Shown here: positions 28,904-37,455 of the stretch, in pieces | Numbering within the stretch: position 1 is the first letter of the stretch | How the letters are laid out: each line of letters opens with the position of its first letter | Origin: a bacterium | GTDB taxonomy: Bacteria; JACRDZ01; JAQUKH01 | Assembly (NCBI GenBank): GCA_028719205.1 | Contig: JAQUKH010000015.1 | Coordinates: forward strand, 1-55,922 | Direction of reading: 5' to 3' | DNA length: 55,922 nt | Notes under the pieces: generated by a model | Databases searched by the model: none | What the model saw: the letters and a program-made list of their open reading frames with translations, nothing else | What the model was told of the DNA's origin: nothing | Made by a program: the position numbers and the translations under genes

Positions 28904-29915
28904 GGACTGTATTTGCTAAAAGGATCACATTTTCTACAGGTGTTTCCTGCAGGATCCCGTGCCCGAGATTAAAAATATGCCCGGGCTGGTTATTGGTATA
29001 ATCTAAAATTTCTTTAACTTTTCTTTTTATTTCAGCGGGTTTCGCGAAAAGGACCGTCGGGTCAAGATTTCCCTGTATCGCTGTGTCTTTACCCAATCTA
29101 TCCCATGCCTCGTCAAGATTTATCCGCCAGTCGATCCCAATCACATCGCCTCCGGCTTTTTTCATTAACTCAAGTAAATGGCTGGTTCCTGTGCCGAAAT
29201 GAATGCTTGGAACATTAAGTTTTTTAACCGCTTTAAAGATCTTTTGTGAATAAGGTAATACGAATTCCGTATAGTCATTTACAGACATGCATCCAATCCA
29301 GCTGTCAAAAAGCTGGATAAGGTCAACGCCGCTTTTAACCTGCGCTGAAAGATATCTAATGATTATTTCAGCAAGCTTATCCATCATTTTGTGCCATGAT
29401 TTGGGATCGGTGTACATCATTGTTTTTGTTTTAAGATAGTCGCGGGAATGGCCGCCTTCGATCATATAGCTTGCCAGTGTGAACGGCGCTCCTGAAAAAC
29501 CGATAAGGGGGATTTTATCGTTAAGTTCCTTTTTGACTAATTTAATTGCCTTTAACAAATAAGGCACGTCACTTTCAGGTTCGATCACTCTTATTTTATC
29601 CACATCGTGCGCTGTCCTGACCGGATTTTTTATTACCGGGCCTTCGTTCTTGCCGAAATAAAAATCAATTCCCATGCCTTCCAGAGGCAGAAGAATGTCG
29701 GCAAATATGATTGCCGCGTCAAGCGGAATTTTTTTGATCGGCTGGAGGGTTACTTCACACGCGATTTCAGGATTTTTGCACATCTCGATGAAAGAATAAT
29801 TTTCGCGTATTTTCCTGTACTCTTCCATGTATCTTCCTGCTTGTCTCATGCACCAGACCGGCGTATAGGGTGTTTTCTCTCTCCGGCAAGCTTTAAGAAT
29901 TGTATCGTTTTTCAT
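28881..29915 (-). CDS. hemE: Uroporphyrinogen decarboxylase
   Basis: PVWCMRQAGRY, DAAIIFADIL, GFSGAPFTLASY, QLFDSW, QGNLDP, FNLGHGI; ATG 29915 follows GGAGG. Confidence 0.97.
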   Translation of the reverse strand: MKNDTILKACRREKTPYTPVWCMRQAGRYMEEYRKIRENYSFIEMCKNPEIACEVTLQPIKKIPLDAAIIFADILLPLEGMGIDFYFGKNEGPVIKNPVRTAHDVDKIRVIEPESDVPYLLKAIKLVKKELNDKIPLIGFSGAPFTLASYMIEGGHSRDYLKTKTMMYTDPKSWHKMMDKLAEIIIRYLSAQVKSGVDLIQLFDSWIGCMSVNDYTEFVLPYSQKIFKAVKKLNVPSIHFGTGTSHLLELMKKAGGDVIGIDWRINLDEAWDRLGKDTAIQGNLDPTVLFAKPAEIKRKVKEILDYTNNQPGHIFNLGHGILQETPVENVILLANTVHEYSKRK

Positions 29916-29963
29916 CAGGTCCTCCATAATAGATTTATTTAAATAAATTATATCACATTATAT

Positions 29964-29996
29964 TATCCCCTACGAGGATAACAATGAGTAAAAGCG
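29964..29996 (+). repeat. 33-bp dispersed repeat, copy 2
   Basis: Exact inverted match to 13970-14002. Confidence 0.9.
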
Positions 29997-30016
29997 GGTC
30001 CCGATAAATCGGGACC
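29997..30016. repeat. CCGA-Nx-TCGG palindrome (REP-like, may act as terminator)
   Basis: GGTCCCGAT-AA-ATCGGGACC, directly after the stop of 30019-30597. Confidence 0.7.
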
Positions 30017-30018
30017 GT

Positions 30019-30597
30019 TTAACTCAAGTTTATATTTTTATCGCCAACCAGAAAAATTTTCGGACGTTTTAACAGGTCAAAAATAAAAAAATCCTTTATA
30101 TCTTTTTTAAATATAAATTCTTTTCTGTTTATGCTATATATGTTTATTTTTCTTTTTAATTTCTTTTCAAGTGTACGCATGGAACCTGAAATTTTTTTCT
30201 TGTCAGGCTGTCCGATAATAAAAATAAAAACTTCCGCTTTAAGGTTATTTTCACCTTTGGCGATAGGTCCGTAAATAAAAGCTGTTTCTATACCTTTGAT
30301 TTTGGCTATTTCTTTTTTTATCTCATCAACAAGGCCGATCGTTTTATTTACGATCTGTTTTAATTCATTAAAGAGAGGATATTTCTTGTCTAAATAATAA
30401 AAATCCAGGCGCCCCTTTTTATGGGATAAAAAAATACCGGCCTTCTTAAGATTCAATAATTCCCGCCGGATGTTGCCGACAGTTGCCTTTAATATTTTCT
30501 CCAATTGCCTGAGATAATATTCATTGTCCGGTTCAACAAAATAAAGCCTGAGTATCGCTTCCCTCAGTTTTGACTTCCCAAGATTGAGCAAATCCAT
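30019..30597 (-). CDS. Winged-helix (ArsR-like) + degenerate minimal nucleotidyltransferase (MNT) domain protein
   Basis: YYLRQLEKIL...GNIRRELLNLKKAGIF...YPLFNELKQIVNKTIG, then AFIYGPIAKG...EVFIFIIG where the family motif is GS...DxD. Confidence 0.85.
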   Translation of the reverse strand: MDLLNLGKSKLREAILRLYFVEPDNEYYLRQLEKILKATVGNIRRELLNLKKAGIFLSHKKGRLDFYYLDKKYPLFNELKQIVNKTIGLVDEIKKEIAKIKGIETAFIYGPIAKGENNLKAEVFIFIIGQPDKKKISGSMRTLEKKLKRKINIYSINRKEFIFKKDIKDFFIFDLLKRPKIFLVGDKNINLS

Positions 30598-30615
30598 TTT
30601 TGTTCCTTATTATTT

Positions 30616-30665
30616 ATTGTAGTCAATTCTGACTACAATTATAAATAAAAAAAATATTTTGTCAA
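30616..30665 (-). promoter_or_regulatory. Promoter with perfect palindromic operator
   Basis: Minus strand TTGACA (30660-65)-16-TATAAT (30638-43); ATTGTAGTCA-attc-TGACTACAAT at 30616-30639. Confidence 0.75.
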
Positions 30666-30701
30666 GATAAATTTATATTATAAACTTTTTAAAATATTTT
30701 A

Positions 30702-32948
30702 TTGTTTAAAGAAAAAATAACTGGTATTATCCGCTTAATGCCCAAAATAAAATCCTTTATTTACCGGAAATCCCGTTATATATTTATTTTGGAAACGTTA
30801 TTTATTATTTGGGGAATAATAGTTTATGCTTTTTATCCATGGAAAATCGGCCCTCAGAAGTTTATCGCATTTTCAAAAATATTATCAATTTTTGTATTAA
30901 ACGCGAAAATATCAATATTAATCAAAAGTATTTTGCCGTTGATCTTTATTTTATTCCTTATTATCCTTTCTTTTCTTATTGGAAGGTCAATAATCCGTAT
31001 TTGTAAAATAGAATTGAAAACGGGCCAAAAGACAGTAACATATTGCGGTTTAGGCTTGGGCTTTTTGTCGTTTTTGATGTTTTTTTTGGGAATGACCGGT
31101 TTATGGTTTTCGAAAGTAATAACAATTATTTTAGTGTTTTTATTTGCCAGCTTAAGTATATATAATATTGATCTGATCAGAGATAAGTCTTTGATTTCAA
31201 ATGTATTAAGGCCTATTAAAAACATAAGCATTATTGAAGCAATTATTGCCTTTTTTATTTTAATATTTTTGTGTTTAGGATTTTTAGGTGCTGCCAGCCC
31301 GGAGATATTTTATGATTCTTTGATATACCATCTTTCACTGCCGAATCTTTATCTTTTGGAACATAAGATAATTTCCACCCCGCAAAACCTTTTTTCAGGG
31401 ATACCTTTTTTAACAGAAATGCTTTATGGCTTAGGCTTGTCGATGTCCGGAGTGGAGGCTGCGAAGTTGATCCATTATTTATTCGGTATATTAGTTTTAA
31501 GTGTGATCTGGTCGTTTACTTCTCATGGTTTTTCGAAAAAAACGGTTCTTTTAGCGTCTTTTATTTTTTGTTCCACACCCATAGTTATATGGGAATTTAT
31601 GGAAGCCGCGGTTGAGTTGTCATGGACTTATTTTACTTTGCTCGCGGTATTACATATTTTAAATTTGTTTGACGCGTCTGAAGAAAAATCCATAAATAAT
31701 AACCTTATTATGTCAGGGATATTCAGCGGATTCGCGATGAGCACGAAATATCCCGCATGGCTTATTTTCCCTGTGCTGGTTTTACTTATTTATTTTATTG
31801 GAATTAAAAAACAAATGGTATTTACGGGTAGAATACGGCAAATTATTTTGTTTACCATAGTAACAAGTGTTTTAGTTTTTCCATGGATCGCAAAAAATAC
31901 ATTTTTTTACAAAAATCCTGTTTATCCTTTTTTGAATGATTATATTGCCGGTTCCTCAAATGATGACCCTGATTGGAGAATGCTTGGAGCGGAGGCCAGA
32001 GGAGAAAATATAATTACTAAACTTAGTTCTTTCCAAGGTGTAAAAAACTATATTAAATATCCATGGAATATAACTATGAATGGAATCTCTAATCATGATT
32101 TTATTGGAGCAGTTTTTCTTTTCTTTTTACCATGGCTTTTATATCCCGGAATAAAATCACAAAAATATAAGTATTTACTTTGTTTCTTTATTGGTTTTTA
32201 CATTATATTAAGTATAACGACAATTTATATTAGATTTTTTATACCGGTATTGGCATTATTATCTATACTGCTTTCGGTAATAATATGTGAATTTAGCCCG
32301 GGATATTTAAAGATATTTGCTTTTGTTTTTATAATATTATTATCCGGCTATAATTTTTGTTATACATATAATATTTGGTTTCAGACAGATTCCTGGATGG
32401 TATTTACCGGGCAAAAAAGCAGGGATGTATACCTTTCGGAAGCTCATAAGACATATCCTTCCCCTTATTACCAAACAGCTGTTTATATTAATAAAAATTT
32501 ACCGGAAGATTCAAAGATCCTTATTGTGGGGGACGAAAGAGGATTATATTATCAAAGAAAATATAATGCGTCATCCGTGTTTAATAAACAGCATTTTTTA
32601 AAAATACTTGAAAAGTCGGATAATAGCGGATCGTTCTATAATAATTTAAAAGAAGAAGGATTTACGCATATTCTTTTTAATATGATGGAGATCTACCGGT
32701 TGGTTCCGACACATAAATCAATTAAAATGCTATATACTGGTTTGGACAATAATAAAGTATCTATATTAAATGAATTTTGGAGTAAATATATTCAGGTAGT
32801 TCATATCGAAAGTAATGATTCTTCAGCGGGAGACCGGCGGTTTGTGATTTTGTATAAATTATTACCTTTACAGGAAGCAGAACAGCCTCATAATATACCG
32901 AAAAATCATTTTTTGTCTATTTTAGACCAGGTAAAAAAATCTGAATAA
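30702..32948 (+). CDS. Polytopic membrane GT-C fold glycosyltransferase (ArnT/PMT-like)
   Basis: Many TM helices, YDSLIYHLSLP loop, GFAMSTKY, PWIAKNTFFYKNPVYPF; start uncertain (TTG 30702 or ATG 30738). Confidence 0.75.
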   Translation: MFKEKITGIIRLMPKIKSFIYRKSRYIFILETLFIIWGIIVYAFYPWKIGPQKFIAFSKILSIFVLNAKISILIKSILPLIFILFLIILSFLIGRSIIRICKIELKTGQKTVTYCGLGLGFLSFLMFFLGMTGLWFSKVITIILVFLFASLSIYNIDLIRDKSLISNVLRPIKNISIIEAIIAFFILIFLCLGFLGAASPEIFYDSLIYHLSLPNLYLLEHKIISTPQNLFSGIPFLTEMLYGLGLSMSGVEAAKLIHYLFGILVLSVIWSFTSHGFSKKTVLLASFIFCSTPIVIWEFMEAAVELSWTYFTLLAVLHILNLFDASEEKSINNNLIMSGIFSGFAMSTKYPAWLIFPVLVLLIYFIGIKKQMVFTGRIRQIILFTIVTSVLVFPWIAKNTFFYKNPVYPFLNDYIAGSSNDDPDWRMLGAEARGENIITKLSSFQGVKNYIKYPWNITMNGISNHDFIGAVFLFFLPWLLYPGIKSQKYKYLLCFFIGFYIILSITTIYIRFFIPVLALLSILLSVIICEFSPGYLKIFAFVFIILLSGYNFCYTYNIWFQTDSWMVFTGQKSRDVYLSEAHKTYPSPYYQTAVYINKNLPEDSKILIVGDERGLYYQRKYNASSVFNKQHFLKILEKSDNSGSFYNNLKEEGFTHILFNMMEIYRLVPTHKSIKMLYTGLDNNKVSILNEFWSKYIQVVHIESNDSSAGDRRFVILYKLLPLQEAEQPHNIPKNHFLSILDQVKKSE

Positions 32949-32997
32949 GTTAATATAACCTTTGGAATATTATGATATTATGGACAAAGGTAATTTT

Positions 32998-34245
32998 ATG
33001 GAAAAAGCATTATTAGTTGTTCCTCATAACAGCAGAAAAGACGAATGGGATATTGAAGATACAAGATCTGAATTGAAATCTTTAGTGATCTCAGTCGGTG
33101 TCGAAGTCCTGGACCTTATGGTTTGCCCGCTTAGGGAGATAAACTCCTCATATTATATCGGCAAAGGAAAGGCTAATGAAATAAGCGAGAGGGCCAAGGC
33201 GCTTGACGCGGGTGTTGTAATTTTTAATTGTGAACTGTCGCCTGCCCAGCAGAGAGGACTTGAGGATATTCTTGAGGCAAAGGTAATTGACAGGACCCAG
33301 TTGATACTTGATGTTTTCGCGAGGCGCGCTAAAAGCAATGAAGGAAAAATTCAGGTTGAGCTTGCCCAACTGAATTATTTATTGCCGCGGTTAACCGGAA
33401 AAGGGATTGAACTTTCGCGTTTGGGAGGCGGGATCGGGACCCGGGGGCCGGGTGAGCAAAAACTGGAGATCGACCGTCGCAGGATCAAAGAAAAAATTTC
33501 GCGCTTGAAATCCGGCCTGGATGTTTTACGCGAGAGAAGAGATAATTTGAGGATCCAGAGAAGGCGGCATTCATTGCCTTTGATAAGCCTTGTAGGATAT
33601 ACCAACGCGGGCAAATCTTCGCTTCTTAACGCGCTTACCAAGTCGGATGTTGAGGTGGATAACCGTCTCTTCAGCACGTTAGACGCTGTAACAAGGAAAT
33701 TATCGCTTCCTAATAATCAGGATGTTCTTCTGACCGATACCGTCGGTTTTCTTCATAACCTTCCGCATGGCCTGATTGAATCATTCAAGGCTACTTTGGA
33801 AGAGGTCGAGGGCGCGGACCTTTTGATCCATGTCATTGATATTTCCACTCATCTTCTGGATGAAAAGTTCAAATCCGTGAACAGGGTCCTGCAGGAATTA
33901 GGCACGGACCAGAAACCGGTCATTAATGTGTTAAATAAGACCGATCAGGCTTCATCAAAGAAATTCATTAAAAGAATGTCGGATGAATTCCCGGATTCCG
34001 CGGCTCTTTCATGCCTGACGGGTGAAGGTTTGGATAATTTGCGGGATCTTATTATGAAAAAATTGGATTATCTTAATACCACGATAAAATTATTTATTCC
34101 TTTCAGCCGCATGGATATTGTCAGTGAAATATCCGCGAATGGCGATATATTTGAAAAAGAATTTACCGAAAAAGGGGTAAATGTCAGCGCGAGATTGCCG
34201 AAAATTATTGCTGATAAGTTGAAAAATAAATTAACTGAAAAATGA
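32998..34245 (+). CDS. hflX: GTPase HflX
   Basis: IDRTQLILDVFARRA, GIGTRGPGE, GYTNAGKS, DTVGF, NKTD. Confidence 0.97.
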   Translation: MEKALLVVPHNSRKDEWDIEDTRSELKSLVISVGVEVLDLMVCPLREINSSYYIGKGKANEISERAKALDAGVVIFNCELSPAQQRGLEDILEAKVIDRTQLILDVFARRAKSNEGKIQVELAQLNYLLPRLTGKGIELSRLGGGIGTRGPGEQKLEIDRRRIKEKISRLKSGLDVLRERRDNLRIQRRRHSLPLISLVGYTNAGKSSLLNALTKSDVEVDNRLFSTLDAVTRKLSLPNNQDVLLTDTVGFLHNLPHGLIESFKATLEEVEGADLLIHVIDISTHLLDEKFKSVNRVLQELGTDQKPVINVLNKTDQASSKKFIKRMSDEFPDSAALSCLTGEGLDNLRDLIMKKLDYLNTTIKLFIPFSRMDIVSEISANGDIFEKEFTEKGVNVSARLPKIIADKLKNKLTEK

Positions 34246-34250
34246 CAAAA

Positions 34251-34336
34251 AGGTCACAAGTCTCAAAGTCACCAGGTTACCAGTTAAATAAATTTATATT
34301 TGCTTGTGACGTTGTGGCTTGTTAGCTTGTGACTTT
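34251..34336. repeat. Imperfect GTCACAAG-type octamer tandem repeats followed by their inverted copies
   Basis: aggtcacaagtctcaaagtcaccaggttaccag ... cttgtgacgttgtggcttgttagcttgtgacttt. Confidence 0.65.
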
Positions 34337-34346
34337 TAAAATTATT

Positions 34347-34721
34347 ATGTTTTATTTTACCAAACAGGAAAAGATCGTTATTCTATTTTTGACCGGCGCG
34401 ATAATTCTGGGTTCAGGTATCCAGTGGGCGAGGAACAGAGGAAACCTTAAGGCAATTGAATCTATTAAAATAGAGGGGAAGACGAATGCCCCTGCGAACG
34501 GAATAAACAAAAAAATAAATATAAATTCCGCGTCCGCCAGTGAATTGGACGCTCTTTCAGGAATCGGGCCGAAGATCGCCGCGGAAATCATAAGTTATCG
34601 CGAAAAGTCCGGGAAATTCAAGGTTATAGAAGATATTAAAAAAGTACGCGGGATCGGCGGGAAAAAATTCAATGAAATAAGAGATAAAATCAGCATAAAT
34701 GACGAAACAACCATGCCTTAA
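34347..34721 (+). CDS. comEA: ComEA family helix-hairpin-helix DNA-binding protein
   Basis: N-terminal TM helix; KININSASASELDALSGIGPKIAAEIISYRE...VRGIGGKKF. Confidence 0.93.
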   Translation: MFYFTKQEKIVILFLTGAIILGSGIQWARNRGNLKAIESIKIEGKTNAPANGINKKININSASASELDALSGIGPKIAAEIISYREKSGKFKVIEDIKKVRGIGGKKFNEIRDKISINDETTMP

Positions 34722-36240
34722 GGTTCTGATCATTTTTATTTTTGGTATTATTTTAGGCCGCTATTTCTCCCTGCCGTTTTCTTATATTTTTCCGTTCCTG
34801 ATCATTTCCTTTTTTCTTTCACTTCTTTTTTTTGTCAAACAAAAAGAGATAATTTGTAATATCTTTTTTAGCCTGGCTATATTATCCTCAGGTTTTATTC
34901 TCACTATAAATTCTATTCAAAGCCCCGGATCAAAAAATCTTAAAAAATTTATCGGTGGTGACGTGGAAATTATCGGGAAAATTACGGATGAGCCGAAAAT
35001 ATATCCCCGTTGGGTAAGTTATGATCTGTCAATAAATAAAATCAATAATGAAGAAATAAAAAGGCCTGCCCGCCGTGGCGGGTTTGTCAGGCTCAGGATC
35101 TATGGCGGGCGGATATTCTCTTATAATGATATTATTAAATTTAAAACAGTGCTGGAAGAACCTCCTTTTTATTTTTTAAGCGAAAATATCAGCGCGGTTT
35201 CAGACATAAGCGGTTCAAAAGTAGAAAAGACCGGGGAGGACAGGGAAAATATTATAAAAAGCGCGAGCATATCTTTTAAAAGATATACGCAGAATCTATA
35301 TTTTTATTATCTTCCGAAAATGGAATCTGCTCTGATAAGCGGGATCGTTTTGGGCGGGGATCAGAGTATTCCTGAAGGGGTTCAGAAAATATTCAGGGAT
35401 ACAGGGACTGTCCACATCCTTGCGGTGTCCGGTATGAACGTCGGCCTTATAGGCATAATTTGCTTTGTGATCTTAGGTGATTTATTGAGGTTGCCTAAAA
35501 AAACAGCGGTTGTTCCAAGTATTTTTCTGGTTTGGTTTTATTCCATGGCTACAGGGATGAATCCGCCTGTTGTCCGTTCAGCCATTACATTGACCATCAT
35601 TTTTCTTTGATATATCCTGGAGCGGGATGGTGATGTTTTAAACAGCCTGTCTCTGGCTGCTTTGATCATTTTATTGTTAAGCCCGCTGGCCCTTTTTTCT
35701 ATAAGCTTTCAGCTTTCTTTTATTTGTGTATTATCCATGATCCTGATATACCCTGAACTGGAAAATTTTCAGATAAAAGAGATAAATAAAGAAGATAAGA
35801 AAAAGAAGGAAGATCTGGGAAAAATAAACAAGGATTTTTCGGATAATTATAAAAATAATTTTTATGATAATACAAAAAAACTTTTTTTACTTTCACTTGC
35901 GATCCAGATAGGCATATGGCCGATAGGTGCTTTTTATTTTCAACAGGTTAGTTTAATATCAGTTATAGCGAATATTTTTGTTGTGCCGCTTGTCGGTATT
36001 ATTTTATATTTGGGTGTTACTATGGTTATTTTTTTTAAAATTTCTTTTCTTGTAAAAATATTGTCAAGAACCAGTTGGATTTTTTTGGTAATATTAGAGA
36101 AAATAGTCCTCTTTTTCGCGAAACTTCCTTATTCTAATTTTCAGATACAAAGTCCTAGTTTATTTTTTATTTTGTGCTATTATATTATAATAATTCTATG
36201 TTTAAACAGGGGGAGGTTTTATGCCGGACAAAAAGGATGA
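34699..36240 (+). pseudogene. comEC: ComEC/Rec2 competence channel interrupted by one in-frame TGA (35608-35610)
   Basis: HILAVSGMNVG and PPVVRSA lie before the stop; the same frame continues YILERDGDVLNSLSLAALIILLLSP...SFQLSF...ANIFVVP. Confidence 0.85.
35065..35082 (+). repeat. 18-bp palindromic element in frame in comEC
   Basis: CCTGCCCGCCGTGGCGGG encoding PARRGG in an AT-rich context. Confidence 0.65.
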
Positions 36241-36559
36241 TATATTTGAAGAGGCAAAGAGAAATCTGGAAAAATTAGGAGAAACGGTAGTCGGGCTAGC
36301 GAAGAAGGGAAAAGAAGAGGGAATAAATTTATATCATACGGGAAAATTGAGACTGGATATAGTAAACTTAAAACATAAAGTTGAAGGCAATTTTAACGCG
36401 ATCGGTAAAAAAGTATATAAAAATCACAAGATCGAAGATAATGAAATCATTAAATTATGCGCTGATATAGATAAATTAGAGGCCATGGTAAAAAATAAAG
36501 AAGCAGAGATAGAAAAAATTATTAACAGTAAACAAAATAACAAAGACACGGGTTTATGA
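36221..36559 (+). CDS. Hypothetical coiled-coil protein
   Basis: GGGAGG SD; overlaps both neighbours; host-like composition. Confidence 0.75.
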   Translation: MPDKKDDIFEEAKRNLEKLGETVVGLAKKGKEEGINLYHTGKLRLDIVNLKHKVEGNFNAIGKKVYKNHKIEDNEIIKLCADIDKLEAMVKNKEAEIEKIINSKQNNKDTGL

Positions 36560-37425
36560 TGATCAATGGTAAAACCAAAATAACAGGTGTTTTTGGATAT
36601 CCGGTTGAACATACATTATCGCCTATAATTCATAATACCGCGTTTGAATATCTGGGTTTAAATTATGTTTATCTTCCGTTTTTGATCAAACCTGAGGATA
36701 TTAAACCCGCATTGTCCGGCATAAAGACGCTCGGTATTTGCGGGGTCAATCTGACAATTCCTCATAAAGAGACCTGTATCCCTTATCTGGACTCTATTGA
36801 TGACGATGCGGGTATTATCGGCGCGGTAAATACAGTAAAGCTCGAAAAAGATAAATTGAGAGGATTTAATACTGACGCGGAAGGTTTTATTCTCTCTTTA
36901 AAAAATGAAACAAGTTTTAAAAAGCCGAAAGGAAAGACGGTTTTTATTTTAGGCGCGGGAGGTTCCGCCCGGGCGGTTGTTTATGCGTTAGCTAAAGAAA
37001 AATGCGGGCGGATCATTGTGGCAAACAGGAGTATTGACAGGGCGGAAAAACTTGTACAGGAAATAAATAAGAAATTTCCAGGCTGTAAAATGGAGTCAGT
37101 TCCGCTTGGAGAAAAATCTGTGGAGGGATATTTGCAGGAAAGCCATCTTTTGGTAAATACCACTTCCGTAGGATTGAAACACGGTGACGGATTATTAATT
37201 AATACAAATTTTTTGCATAAAGACCTGTTATTTTACGACCTTATTTATTCTCCGTTCGGAACAAAATTGCTTATTGAGGCAAAGAAGAGAAAATTGGAAG
37301 CGATAGACGGTTTAGGAATGTTGATTTACCAGGCAATATTAGCTTTTGAAATATGGACAGGCAAGAAGCCGCCGGTCAAAATAATTCAACACGCGGTAAA
37401 GAATTTCATCAAGCAGAAGAAATAA
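36556..37425 (+). CDS. aroE: Shikimate dehydrogenase
   Basis: GYPVEHTLSP, NLTIPHK, GAVNT, NTDAEG, GAGGSARA, DGLGMLIYQA. Confidence 0.96.
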   Translation: MMINGKTKITGVFGYPVEHTLSPIIHNTAFEYLGLNYVYLPFLIKPEDIKPALSGIKTLGICGVNLTIPHKETCIPYLDSIDDDAGIIGAVNTVKLEKDKLRGFNTDAEGFILSLKNETSFKKPKGKTVFILGAGGSARAVVYALAKEKCGRIIVANRSIDRAEKLVQEINKKFPGCKMESVPLGEKSVEGYLQESHLLVNTTSVGLKHGDGLLINTNFLHKDLLFYDLIYSPFGTKLLIEAKKRKLEAIDGLGMLIYQAILAFEIWTGKKPPVKIIQHAVKNFIKQKK

Positions 37426-37455
37426 AATTACGATAATAGCGTGGAGGAACAAAAA

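Noticed and set aside
35608-35610. TGA recoded as Gly (code 25), Trp or selenocysteine
   Set aside because: TGA is a real stop elsewhere (proS, amrB, hflX, and the ATGA/GTGA overlaps at 36556, 49825 and 51711), no other gene is interrupted, and the site is a membrane-helix position with no evident SECIS
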